Both the position numbers and the translations under genes were made by a program. Positions 1 to 9,079 of a stretch of 64,000 bases of DNA are shown in pieces. The notes under the pieces are model-generated. The model worked only from the letters and a program-made list of their open reading frames with translations, did not search any database and was not told the origin of the DNA. The stretch lies in the NCBI GenBank assembly GCA_030065235.1, contig JASJDC010000006.1, positions 32,535 to 96,534 on the forward strand, given 5' to 3'. The DNA is from Alphaproteobacteria bacterium. Lineage in GTDB: Bacteria; Pseudomonadota; Alphaproteobacteria; UBA8366; Aestuariispiraceae. Positions within the stretch are counted from its first letter, which is position 1. Each line of letters starts with the position of its first letter.

Positions 1-2
1 AT

Positions 3-410
3 CCCTCGCACTATGTGCTGCAGGCCTTGGACTATCTGGAGAATATTGACATCTATCACGAGCGGATCGGCATGTTCCATGTCAAGGATGCGGAACTGAA
101 TCCGACCGGACGGCAAGGCGTCTATGGCGGTTATCAGTCCTGGGTCGATCGCGCCGGCCGCTTTCGCAGCCTGGGCGACGGGCAGGTCGATTTTCGCGCC
201 GTCTTCTCAAAATTTGCGCAATACGATTTCGACGGCTGGGCCGTGGTCGAATGGGAATGCGCCCTGAAGCACCCGGAAGACGGTGCGCGCGAAGGGGCGG
301 CCTTTGTCCGCGATCACATCATTCGGGTGACCGAACGGGCCTTTGATGATTTCGCCGATGGCGGGTCGGACGAGGCGGCCAACCGGAAGATGCTGGGCGT
401 CAATCGTTAG
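3..410 (+). CDS. sugar phosphate isomerase/epimerase (xylose-isomerase-like TIM barrel), C-terminal part; 5' end outside window
   Basis: Frame is open to the window edge (PSHY codons precede the listed GTG at 15). HVKD, GDGQVDF and FDGWAVVEWE motifs resemble AP-endonuclease-2/IolE-type TIM-barrel enzymes. TAG stop at 408-410. Confidence 0.7.
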   Translation, partial: PSHYVLQALDYLENIDIYHERIGMFHVKDAELNPTGRQGVYGGYQSWVDRAGRFRSLGDGQVDFRAVFSKFAQYDFDGWAVVEWECALKHPEDGAREGAAFVRDHIIRVTERAFDDFADGGSDEAANRKMLGVNR

Positions 411-447
411 ACGACCGTCGCGGCGCAGGGAGATCGGGGAGGGAAGA

Positions 448-1593
448 ATGACCGAACGCATTCGGCTGGGCATGGTTGGCGGCGGCCGCGACGCTTTCAT
501 CGGCGGCGTACATCGGATCGCCGCGCGGATCGACGATCATTTCGAACTGGTGGCCGGATGTTTCAGCGCGACGGCGGAGAAGTCCCGAGCCTCCGGCGCC
601 GATCTGGGCCTGCCGCCGGACAGGGTCTATGACGATTTCACACAGATGGCCAAGCGCGAGGCGCGCCTGAAGACCGGTGTGCAGGCGGTGGCGATCGTTA
701 CGCCCAATCACATGCATGCCGGCCCGGCCAAGGAATTCCTGAAACGCGGGATACATGTGATCTGCGACAAACCGCTAACGGCGACCCTGCCTGAGGCGAA
801 AAAACTGGTGAAGTCGGCCGGGGCGTCCGACGCGTTGTTTGTCCTCACACACAACTATACCGGATACCCGATGGTGCGGCAGGCCAAGGCGATGGTCGCC
901 GACGGCGCGCTCGGCGCGCTGCGGGTGGTTCAGGTCGAATACGCGCAGGATTGGCTGAGCGAGCCGCTTGAAGATACCGGGATGAAGCAGGCGGAATGGC
1001 GCACCGATCCGGTGCGGTCAGGAGCCGGCGGCGCGACCGGCGATATCGGCACGCATGCTTTCAATCTGGCCGGGTTCGTCAGCGGCCTCCGCGTCGAGAG
1101 CCTGTCTGCCGATGTGCAGACTTTCGTACCCGGTCGCCGCGTCGACGACAATGCGCATGTTCTGCTGCGCTACGCCGGCGGGGCCCGTGGCATGCTCTGG
1201 TGCAGCCAGGTCGCGCCCGGAAACGAAAACGCCCTGAAGCTGCGCGTTTTTGGCGAGAAGGGCGGGTTGGAGTGGCGCCAGGAGGACCCGAATTATCTCT
1301 GGTGGACGCCGTTGGGCGAGCCGAAGCGGTTGCTAACGCGGGGCGGCGCGGGCGCCGGTGAGGCGGCGGCGCGCGTCAGCCGCACTCCAGCCGGCCACCC
1401 GGAAGGCTATTTGGAGGGTTTCGCGACGATATACGCCGAAGCGGCGGCTGCGATTCTCGCCAAAGAGGCGGGAGAGACGGCCGACGCGGCTGTCATGTAT
1501 CCGACCGTTCAGGACGGCCTGGACGGAGTCGCTTTTGTCGACGCCTGTATTCGCTCGTCGAAGTCGGAAGGACGCTGGATCGCATTGCCCTGA
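448..1593 (+). CDS. Gfo/Idh/MocA family NAD(P)-dependent oxidoreductase
   Basis: N-terminal Rossmann signature IRLGMVGGGRDAFIGGVH, plus VAIVTPNHMH and ICDKPL motifs. ATG 448 has a GGAGG 5 nt upstream, so the listed start at 343 is probably too long. Confidence 0.85.
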   Translation: MTERIRLGMVGGGRDAFIGGVHRIAARIDDHFELVAGCFSATAEKSRASGADLGLPPDRVYDDFTQMAKREARLKTGVQAVAIVTPNHMHAGPAKEFLKRGIHVICDKPLTATLPEAKKLVKSAGASDALFVLTHNYTGYPMVRQAKAMVADGALGALRVVQVEYAQDWLSEPLEDTGMKQAEWRTDPVRSGAGGATGDIGTHAFNLAGFVSGLRVESLSADVQTFVPGRRVDDNAHVLLRYAGGARGMLWCSQVAPGNENALKLRVFGEKGGLEWRQEDPNYLWWTPLGEPKRLLTRGGAGAGEAAARVSRTPAGHPEGYLEGFATIYAEAAAAILAKEAGETADAAVMYPTVQDGLDGVAFVDACIRSSKSEGRWIALP

Positions 1594-1754
1594 CCGGCGG
1601 GGTGAGGCCCCGACCAATCGACCTTGGTGTAGGCGGGGCGCCGTGTGACTTCGCACGCCAACGCCGCCTGCAAGGCTGTGCACGCAGGGTCGTTTACTAA
1701 ACAGTGGACCATGCGGTGCGTCACAGATCAGCAAAAACGAGGTTAATATACGTT

Positions 1755-1804
1755 TTGCGCTGCAATATTGAAATAAAAGTTTGTTGCAGTGCAAAGCAGC
1801 GCAA
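1755..1804. promoter_or_regulatory. repeated TTGC-N3-GCAA dyads (candidate operator sites) in an AT-rich intergenic patch
   Basis: TTGCgctGCAA at 1755-1765, TTGCagtGCAA at 1784-1794 and a half-degenerate aaGCagcGCAA at 1794-1804. They lie 150-200 bp upstream of the ABC/dha operon start. Confidence 0.3.
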
Positions 1805-1821
1805 TTATTGACTCGCCTGTT

Positions 1822-1844
1822 GTTTAGTGAAATGTTCACTGAAC
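1822..1844. promoter_or_regulatory. 23-bp near-perfect palindrome GTTTAGTGAA-ATG-TTCACTGAAC (candidate operator)
   Basis: The 10-nt arms match at 9/10 positions around a 3-nt centre. The site is 107 bp upstream of the ATG at 1951. A smaller GTTTAcTAAAC palindrome lies at 1692-1702. Confidence 0.35.
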
Positions 1845-1950
1845 ATGCGGCCTCTGACGATCCGCGACAATGCCGGACGTCGGTCGGACGGGTGAAGCGG
1901 GAAAAGGATGCCGCCGCCGGCCTACGGCGCGGGTGAACAAGGAGGAAAAC

Positions 1951-3282
1951 ATGCATAGACCTGTAGTGAGTACGATGGGCGCCGCCGCTCTTGTTGCGGC
2001 CGGCCTGTCGGCGACGACAAGCGCCCATGCGGCGAGTGGCGAGTTGACCCTGTGCTGGGCGGCTTGGGACCCGGCGAACGCGCTGGTGCAATTGTCGAAG
2101 GATTTCGAGGCTCAATCCGGCGTGAAGATGAATTTCGAATTCGTGCCCTGGCCGAACTTCGCCGATCGGATTCTAAACGAGTTGAACTCCGGCGGGAAAC
2201 TCTGCGATCTGCTGATCGGCGACAGCCAGTGGCTCGGCGGGTCTGCGGAGAACGGCTACTATGTAAAGCTGAATGACTTCTTCGATCAAGAAGGCATCAG
2301 CATGGGTGATTTCGCGCCGGCCGCCGTGAACGCCTATTCGACATGGCCGAAAGGGACGCCGAACTATTGGGCGCTGCCGGCGATGGGCGACGCCAACGGT
2401 TGGGTCTACCGCAGGGACTGGTTCGAGCGCGCCGATCTGCAGGAGGAGTTCAAAGCCAAGACCGGGCGCGATCTGGCGCCGCCGAAGACCTGGGTTGAGT
2501 TGAAGGAAACGGCCGAGTTTTTCCAGGGCCGCGAAATTGACGGCAAGACGGTCTATGGCGCGGCGATCTTCACCGAGCGCGGCTCTGAAGGCATCACAAT
2601 GGGCGCGACTTCGGCGCTCTATTCCTATGGTTTCCAATATGAAAACACGCCGGGTCAGTACGACATGGAAGGTGCGGTGAACTCGGACAACGCCGTCGCC
2701 GGACTTGAGATGTATAAGTCGCTCTATGAGTGCTGTACGCCGCCCGGCTATACCGACTCCTATATGGGCGAAGGGCTGGACGCCTTCAAATCCGGCCAGG
2801 TCGCCATGATGATGAATTGGTTCGCCTTCTGGCCCGGCATGTATAAGGACGAGAATGTCGGGGGAGACCGGATCGGTTTCTTCGTCAATCCGGCGCAGGT
2901 CAATCCGGCCTCGACGCTCGGCGGCCAAGGCATTTCGGTCGTCGCCAGCACCGACAACAAGGAAGCGGCGCTGGAATATATTAAGTGGTTTGCGCAGCCC
3001 GAGGTTCAGAAACAGTGGTGGGCGCTGGGCGGCTATGCGGTCCACAATGCAGTTCTGGAGGATCCTGGCTTCAAAGACTCGCAGCCCTTCGCCGCGGACT
3101 TCTTGGTTGCGATGCAGGATGTGAAGGACTTCTGGCAGGAGCCGGCTTACGCGCAACTGCTGCAAGCCATGCAGAAGCGCCTGCATGACTATATCGTCGC
3201 CGATCAGGGCACGGCCAAGGAAGCCTTGGACAAGCTGATTAGCGACTGGACCGAAGTCTTCGAAGACGAAGGCAAACTCTAG
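1951..3282 (+). CDS. ABC transporter substrate-binding protein (family-1 sugar/polyol type)
   Basis: Signal peptide MHRPVVSTMGAAALVAAGLSATTSAHA. Size and W/Y-rich composition fit extracellular solute-binding family 1. ATG 1951 follows AAGGAGGAAAAC. Confidence 0.85.
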   Translation: MHRPVVSTMGAAALVAAGLSATTSAHAASGELTLCWAAWDPANALVQLSKDFEAQSGVKMNFEFVPWPNFADRILNELNSGGKLCDLLIGDSQWLGGSAENGYYVKLNDFFDQEGISMGDFAPAAVNAYSTWPKGTPNYWALPAMGDANGWVYRRDWFERADLQEEFKAKTGRDLAPPKTWVELKETAEFFQGREIDGKTVYGAAIFTERGSEGITMGATSALYSYGFQYENTPGQYDMEGAVNSDNAVAGLEMYKSLYECCTPPGYTDSYMGEGLDAFKSGQVAMMMNWFAFWPGMYKDENVGGDRIGFFVNPAQVNPASTLGGQGISVVASTDNKEAALEYIKWFAQPEVQKQWWALGGYAVHNAVLEDPGFKDSQPFAADFLVAMQDVKDFWQEPAYAQLLQAMQKRLHDYIVADQGTAKEALDKLISDWTEVFEDEGKL

Positions 3283-3369
3283 ACGGTCCGTCCTAGGCGC
3301 GTCGCCACACCCGTCCTTGGTTCCTTGACGGCCAAGGACGGGCGTAGGCGAGGCCCGCGTGAGACAAGA

Positions 3370-4380
3370 ATGGCGCGCCCGCCTCGCGACGCGCACGCCT
3401 TTCCGATCGAGAGCATCGTGACCGATAACAGCATCCTACAGAAAGGCGCTGACGCCGTCGCCCGGGCGACCCCTGACGGCGTCGCCCGCCGGGTGCGCGG
3501 CCTGTCGGATCGCGCGGTCGCTTGGATCTTCATCGCGCCGACCATCATCCTGCTGTTGGCGATCAACATTTTCCCGTTGATCTGGACCATCCAACTGTCG
3601 CTGACGAACTATCGCGCGAATCGACCGAACGCCGAGGTGCGCGATGTCGGGTTCCGCAATTACGAGCGTATTCTCGGGAACGAGGATATCTGGTTTTCGA
3701 TGCAGACCACGGCCAGCTTCGTGGTGCTGACTATCGCAATCCAAACCATTCTCGGCTTTACGCTCGCCTATCTGATTGACCGCAAGTTCCGCGGCCACGC
3801 CTTCTGGACGACGATCATCCTAATCCCGATGATGCTGTCGCCGGCGGTGGTTGGGAATTTCTGGCGCTTCCTCTACCAACCGCAGATCGGCCTATTCAAT
3901 TATGTCGTGTCTTTTTTCACCGGGGCCGAGCCCAGTTCTTTCACGATGCTGGGCGATGTCGATCTGGCGATGTGGGCGATTGTCATTGTCGATACCTGGA
4001 TGTGGACGCCCTATACGATGCTGATCTGTCTGGCCGGGCTTAGATCGATCCCCGACTACATCTACGAGGCGGCGGAGGTGGATCGCGCCTCCGCCTGGCG
4101 CCGTTTCTGGTCGATCACCCTGCCAATGGCGCTGCCCTTTGTCATGCTGGCGGTGCTGTTCCGCGGGATCGAGAACTTCAAGATGTTCGACATGGTCAAT
4201 CTGCTGACCGGCGGCGGTCCGGGGTCGATTACCGAGGTCGCCTCAATCACCTTGAAGCGGCAGGCGTTCGAAGCCTGGCGCACCGGCTATTCTTCGGCCT
4301 TCGCCATCATCTTATTCGTGACCGTCTTCGGTCTGGGCAGCATCTATGTCAAAGCCCTGAACCGGGTGAAGCAGCGATGA
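3370..4380 (+). CDS. ABC transporter permease (MalF/UgpA-like)
   Basis: Multi-TM protein with the EAA loop EAAEVDRASAWRRFWSITLP. The start is uncertain (TTG 3325 or ATG 3370). The stop overlaps the next start (ATGA at 4377-4380). Confidence 0.8.
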   Translation: MARPPRDAHAFPIESIVTDNSILQKGADAVARATPDGVARRVRGLSDRAVAWIFIAPTIILLLAINIFPLIWTIQLSLTNYRANRPNAEVRDVGFRNYERILGNEDIWFSMQTTASFVVLTIAIQTILGFTLAYLIDRKFRGHAFWTTIILIPMMLSPAVVGNFWRFLYQPQIGLFNYVVSFFTGAEPSSFTMLGDVDLAMWAIVIVDTWMWTPYTMLICLAGLRSIPDYIYEAAEVDRASAWRRFWSITLPMALPFVMLAVLFRGIENFKMFDMVNLLTGGGPGSITEVASITLKRQAFEAWRTGYSSAFAIILFVTVFGLGSIYVKALNRVKQR

Positions 4381-5336
4381 GCGCGAAACGCACCAACGCG
4401 GCCTATTCGGTCGTTGAGCCCACGACGACGTCGAAGCGTGTCGCCGGTACATTGGTCGTTCTCTATGCCATTGTGACGATGATCCCGTTGCTCTGGATTT
4501 TCGCCACCGGTTGGAAGTCGCCGCCGGATTCAATCAGCTATCCGCCGAAGATCCTGTTCGAGCCGACGGCGGAGGGCCATTGCAACCTGTTCACCACACG
4601 GACCCGACAGACCGACGAATTCATCGAAAGCCTGGGGCCGCCGCGGGGCATGTGCGATCGGATTACGCGCGAGCGCAACATGGTGATCGCCGGCGAGTCG
4701 AACTATTTCCCGCGCTTCGTCAATTCGCTGATCATCGCCTTCGGTTCGACCTTCTTCGCCGTGCTCCTCGGCACGATTTCGGCCTACGCTTTCTCGCGCT
4801 TCAAGGTGCCGTTGGCCGACGATCTGCTGTTCTTCATTCTCTCGACGCGGATGATGCCGCCGATCGCCGTCGCGATCCCGATCTATCTGATGTATCGCGA
4901 GGTCGGATTGTCGGACACCCGCCTGGGCATGATCCTGCTCTATACGGCGGTCAATGTATCGCTCGCGGTTTGGTTGCTTAAGGGTTTCATCGACGAAATC
5001 CCTCGAGAATATGAGGAAGCGGCCATGGTTGACGGCTACACCCGCCTTCAGGCCTTCTGGAAAGTAGTCCTGCCGCAGGCCTCGACCGGGATCGCGGCGA
5101 CGGCGATCTTCTGCCTGATCTTCGCTTGGAACGAATACGCCTTCGCCGTGTTGCTGACCTCCGGCACGGCGCAGACGGCGCCGCCCTTTATCCCGACCAT
5201 TATCGGCGAAGGCGGCATGGATTGGCCGGCCGTCGGCGCGGGCACCACGATTTTCCTGGTGCCGATCCTGGTCTTCACGATCCTGCTTCGCAAACACTTG
5301 CTGCGCGGCATCACTTTCGGGGCCGTCCGGAAATGA
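4377..5336 (+). CDS. ABC transporter permease (MalG/UgpE-like)
   Basis: Multi-TM protein with the EAA loop EEAAMVDGYTRLQAFWKVVLP. Translationally coupled on both sides (ATGA overlaps at 4377 and 5333). Confidence 0.85.
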   Translation: MSAKRTNAAYSVVEPTTTSKRVAGTLVVLYAIVTMIPLLWIFATGWKSPPDSISYPPKILFEPTAEGHCNLFTTRTRQTDEFIESLGPPRGMCDRITRERNMVIAGESNYFPRFVNSLIIAFGSTFFAVLLGTISAYAFSRFKVPLADDLLFFILSTRMMPPIAVAIPIYLMYREVGLSDTRLGMILLYTAVNVSLAVWLLKGFIDEIPREYEEAAMVDGYTRLQAFWKVVLPQASTGIAATAIFCLIFAWNEYAFAVLLTSGTAQTAPPFIPTIIGEGGMDWPAVGAGTTIFLVPILVFTILLRKHLLRGITFGAVRK

Positions 5337-5548
5337 GCGAAAACGCCCTCAATCAAAGTCCCGTCAAACGGTCCCTGGCGCGCCGTCTGTTCCGGCGCGG
5401 CCCGTGGGAAATCGTCGCAACGATCACCATCGCCTTGGGGGTCTTCATGTTGATGCAGCCCTTTTGGATGCCGCTCTACACCTATTCCTTCGCCGTCATT
5501 CTGGCCGGGACGATCGGGTTCATGATCGTCAGTCATTTTCCGGAGTAG
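5333..5548 (+). CDS. small (71 aa) two-helix membrane protein embedded in the ABC operon
   Basis: ATG 5333 overlaps the permease stop (ATGA). Basic N-terminus followed by two hydrophobic helices (IVATITIALGVFMLM, FAVILAGTIGFMIV). Position recalls the small accessory ORFs of rhizobial glycerol ABC operons (DUF2160-type), but this is unverified. Confidence 0.55.
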   Translation: MSENALNQSPVKRSLARRLFRRGPWEIVATITIALGVFMLMQPFWMPLYTYSFAVILAGTIGFMIVSHFPE

Positions 5549-5552
5549 AGCG

Positions 5553-6659
5553 ATGGCGGAAATCAAGGTCCACGCTCTGCGCAAGGAATTCGGCGATTTT
5601 GTCGCCGTCCAGGAGTCAAGCTTCACTATCGAGGATGGCGAGTTCTTCGTGATGCTCGGTCCGTCCGGATGCGGCAAGACCACAACCCTGCGTATGATCG
5701 CCGGGTTGGAACTGCCGAGTTCGGGAGAAATCCTGCTGGATGGCGAGGACGTGACCTTCAACCGCGCGTCCGAACGCGACATCGCCTTCATGTTCCAGCT
5801 GTTCGCACTATACCCGCATATGAATGTGCGCAAGAATATCGGTTTTCCGCTGAAGTGTCAGGGCGTCGGCGGCAGAGAGCTGCGCCAACGGGTCGAGGAA
5901 ACGGCGAAGCTTCTGCGTATTGACCATCTGTTGAACCAACCCGTCTCGCGGCTCGCCGGCGGCGACCGGCAACGCGTTGCGTTGGGCCGGGCGATCATCC
6001 GCCGACCGAAAGCCTTCCTGATGGATGAGCCGTTGGGGGCGCTCGACACCGAATTCCGCGAGCTGATGACGGAAGAACTACGCCGCCTTCATAACCGGAT
6101 GAAGGCGACGACGCTTTACGTCACGCACGACCAGTTGGAGGCCATGTCCATGGCCGACCGCATCATGGTGATGAATCACGGGGTCATCGAGCAGCTGGCG
6201 ACGCCGCAGGAAATCTACGACCGGCCGGCGACCCGTTTCGTTGCGGATTTCATCGGCAGTCCTGCGATGAGCTTCCTGGAGTTCGAAAGCGCGATCGAGC
6301 CCGGCCAGACCAGCGTGGCGGTGAATGGCGCGCAGGTCCAGGTGCCGGCGCTGCATGAGACCCGAGAGCCCGGTCCGCTGACGCTCGGCGTTCGGCCCGA
6401 ACATGTCGCCTTCGACGATTCAGCCACTCTGCGCGGTCGGATTTTCGGAACCGAGTATCTCGGCACCACCCAGGTCGTCACCGTCGATACGGACCATGGT
6501 CAGATCCGCGCGCGGATATCCGCCGCGCATCCGGTGTCGCCGGGAGAAACGGTTGGGATGACATTGCGCAGTGACCGGTTGGTTGTTTTCGCCGGCGATG
6601 ACGGTCGCGCCTTGGCCAGCGACCTGTATCAAGGCGGGACGGGAGCGGCCCATGGCTGA
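5553..6659 (+). CDS. ABC transporter ATP-binding protein (MalK/UgpC-like), NBD 1
   Basis: Walker A GPSGCGKTT, signature LAGGDRQRVALGRA, Walker B FLMDEPLGALD, and a C-terminal regulatory/TOBE-like domain. Confidence 0.9.
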   Translation: MAEIKVHALRKEFGDFVAVQESSFTIEDGEFFVMLGPSGCGKTTTLRMIAGLELPSSGEILLDGEDVTFNRASERDIAFMFQLFALYPHMNVRKNIGFPLKCQGVGGRELRQRVEETAKLLRIDHLLNQPVSRLAGGDRQRVALGRAIIRRPKAFLMDEPLGALDTEFRELMTEELRRLHNRMKATTLYVTHDQLEAMSMADRIMVMNHGVIEQLATPQEIYDRPATRFVADFIGSPAMSFLEFESAIEPGQTSVAVNGAQVQVPALHETREPGPLTLGVRPEHVAFDDSATLRGRIFGTEYLGTTQVVTVDTDHGQIRARISAAHPVSPGETVGMTLRSDRLVVFAGDDGRALASDLYQGGTGAAHG

Positions 6660-7668
6660 TGTCTCACTGAAAGGCGTCTCCAAGAGCTTTCGGGACGTAG
6701 CGGCGATCCGGTCGCTCGACATGGACATCGCCGATGGCGAGTTCCTTGTTCTTTTGGGGCCGACCGGCGCGGGCAAGACCACCACGCTGCGCCTGGTCGC
6801 CGGGTTGGAGCGCGCTGACGCCGGATCGATCTGGATCGATGGGCGCGATATGACGAAAGAGCCGCCGCCGGCGCGCGACGTGACCTTCGTCTTCCAACAG
6901 TATTCGCTCTACCCGCATATGACGGTGTATGACAACATCGCGTTCCCGCTGCGCTCGCCGGCGCGCCGCTTGTCGGAGGATCAGGTGAAGGCGCGCGTGG
7001 ATGAAGTAGCGGAAATGCTGCGCATCGAGCATAAGTTGAAGAACAAGGCGACCGCGCTGTCGGGCGGCGAAATGCAGCGCGTGGCGATCGGTCGAGCCTT
7101 GGTCCGGCGCCCGGCGATCTTCCTGATGGATGAGCCCTTGAGTTCCCTCGACGCCAAGTTGCGCGCGGAACTGCGGTTGGAGTTGAAACGGATCCAGCGC
7201 GAGCTGGGCGCGACGATCCTTTATGTAACCCATGATCAGATCGAGGCCATGACCATGGCCGACCGGATCGGGGTGCTGCGCGAGGGCGCCTTGGTTCAGA
7301 TCGGGACGCCGCGCGAAATCTACGAGGCGCCCGTTGACGCCTATGTCGCCGCGAAACTTGGCAGTCCGCGCATCAATCTCTTGCCGAGGACCGCCTTCCC
7401 GAATGTCCCCGGCCCGCCCGAGGCGGTGACGATCGGCGCGCGCACGGAGAACATCCTGTTCGACGGCGCCGGCGCGGCGTCGGCCGAAGGCGCGGTGGAT
7501 TGGATCGAGCATCTCGGCGACCAGAACCATCTGCATCTCAGCGTCGGTGCGCATAAGATGGTGATGCTGGCCGAGCCGGACACGGAGTTAGCGGTCGGCG
7601 ATCGCGTACATCTGCATTTGCAGGCGCCGCTTTTTTTCGACGGTGACGGCCGCCGCATCGGGGCGTGA
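6652..7668 (+). CDS. ABC transporter ATP-binding protein (MalK/UgpC-like), NBD 2
   Basis: Walker A GPTGAGKTT, signature LSGGEMQRVAIGRA, Walker B FLMDEPLSSLD. ATG 6652 overlaps the upstream stop by 8 nt; the listed start at 6571 is too long. Confidence 0.9.
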   Translation: MADVSLKGVSKSFRDVAAIRSLDMDIADGEFLVLLGPTGAGKTTTLRLVAGLERADAGSIWIDGRDMTKEPPPARDVTFVFQQYSLYPHMTVYDNIAFPLRSPARRLSEDQVKARVDEVAEMLRIEHKLKNKATALSGGEMQRVAIGRALVRRPAIFLMDEPLSSLDAKLRAELRLELKRIQRELGATILYVTHDQIEAMTMADRIGVLREGALVQIGTPREIYEAPVDAYVAAKLGSPRINLLPRTAFPNVPGPPEAVTIGARTENILFDGAGAASAEGAVDWIEHLGDQNHLHLSVGAHKMVMLAEPDTELAVGDRVHLHLQAPLFFDGDGRRIGA

Positions 7669-7683
7669 ACATGACGCGGACGG

Positions 7684-8307
7684 ATGGCGCAGGGAATTGA
7701 GAGGGACGCAGTGCTGAGTGATCTGATTAAGGAAGTCTGCGAGGCGGTGATCGCGCATGAGGCGGAGTTGACGGCGCTCGACAGCGCCATCGGCGACGGC
7801 GATCACGGCTTGAATATGAAGCGCGGCTTCAGCGAACTGCTGGCGAAATCGGATGAGTTGGCCGGCCAGGAAGTCGGCGCAGCGTTGAAGGCGGCCGGCA
7901 TGACACTCGTCATGAAGGTCGGCGGAGCTTCCGGGCCGCTCTATGGCTCGCTCTTTATGAGCCTCGGCAAGGAACTCGCCGGTAAGACCGAAATCGATCA
8001 GTCCGTGATTGCCGAGGCGCTGGCGGTGGCGCAGGCCGCTGTGATGGCGCGCGGTAAGTCACAGCCCGGGCAAAAAACGATGCTGGATGTGATCGCGCCG
8101 GTTCAGCAAAAACTCGCGGAAGGCGCCGCCCTAACCGATGTCGCGGCAGCGGCGCTGGCGGCGGCTGAGGCGACCGCGCCGATACAGGCGCTCAAGGGGC
8201 GGGCGTCGTTCCTGGGTGAACGGAGCATCGGTCATGTCGATCCTGGCGCGCGGTCAAGCGCCGTGATTACCGAGGCGGCGTGCCGCGTGTTGGAGAGGAG
8301 CGGGTGA
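7684..8307 (+). CDS. dhaL: dihydroxyacetone kinase, ADP-binding subunit DhaL
   Basis: DhaL signature LDSAIGDGDHGLNMKRGF and GGASGPLYG, about 207 aa. Confidence 0.85.
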   Translation: MAQGIERDAVLSDLIKEVCEAVIAHEAELTALDSAIGDGDHGLNMKRGFSELLAKSDELAGQEVGAALKAAGMTLVMKVGGASGPLYGSLFMSLGKELAGKTEIDQSVIAEALAVAQAAVMARGKSQPGQKTMLDVIAPVQQKLAEGAALTDVAAAALAAAEATAPIQALKGRASFLGERSIGHVDPGARSSAVITEAACRVLERSG

Positions 8308-8711
8308 TGTCTCAGGCTCAGGCCGATTGCGTCGGTATTGTCATCGTCTCGCACTCGCCGGAGGTGGCGCGCGGCGCGGCGGATATGGCGCGGCAAATGG
8401 CGGGCGACGAGGCGCCGATCGCCTGGTGCGGCGGCGACCCGGATGGCGGGCTCGGCAGCGATGTCGGCAAAATCATCGAAGCGATCGAGGCCGCCTGGTC
8501 GGAACAAGGCGTCGCCATTCTGGTCGATCTGGGCGGCGCGGAGACCAACAGCGAAGTTGCGATTGAAATGCTCGATCCGGGTCGCGCCGAAAAGGTGAGG
8601 ATCTGTAACGCGCCCCTGGTCGAAGGCGCGGTGATGGCGGCGGCGGAGGCCTCTGGCGGCGCCTCTTTGACCGAGGTCGTGCGCACAGCCGAGGAGTATT
8701 CGCCGGCGTGA
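8307..8711 (+). CDS. dhaM: dihydroxyacetone kinase phosphotransfer subunit, EIIA(Man)-like domain only (short DhaM)
   Basis: VGIVIVSHSPEVARGAADMARQM matches the EIIA-mannose/DhaM N-domain with its phospho-histidine. ATG 8307 shares one nt with the dhaL TGA. Only about 134 aa, with no fused HPr or EI domain. Confidence 0.75.
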   Translation: MSQAQADCVGIVIVSHSPEVARGAADMARQMAGDEAPIAWCGGDPDGGLGSDVGKIIEAIEAAWSEQGVAILVDLGGAETNSEVAIEMLDPGRAEKVRICNAPLVEGAVMAAAEASGGASLTEVVRTAEEYSPA

Positions 8712-8756
8712 GGCGGCGGATCGGGCTGAGAAGAATAAGAACGAGGAGCGGACCCA

Positions 8757-9047
8757 ATGGATGATACATCGACAGGCGCGGTGCTGTTGACGCACAAAAT
8801 CGGGCTGCACGCCCGGCCCAGCGTCAAACTGACCAAACTCGCCAAACGGTTCGACGCCAAGGTTGAGTTGGCGGCCGATGCGGCGGGCCCCTGGATCGAC
8901 GCCAAGAGCGTCAATAAAGTCATGCAAGCGAAGATTCCGCAGAATGTGACCTTGCAGTTTCGCGCCGAAGGCGCCGAGGCGGCCGCCGCGGTGGCGGCGC
9001 TGATCGCGCTGGTCGAGGCCGACTTCACGGACGTGCAAAGCGCATAG
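8757..9047 (+). CDS. HPr-family phosphocarrier protein
   Basis: 96 aa. Active-site motif KIGLHARPSVKLTKLA is typical of HPr (His-15 region). Confidence 0.8.
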   Translation: MDDTSTGAVLLTHKIGLHARPSVKLTKLAKRFDAKVELAADAAGPWIDAKSVNKVMQAKIPQNVTLQFRAEGAEAAAAVAALIALVEADFTDVQSA

Positions 9048-9079
9048 CGCAGCGCCGCCAAGCGGAAACGAGTCCAGCG

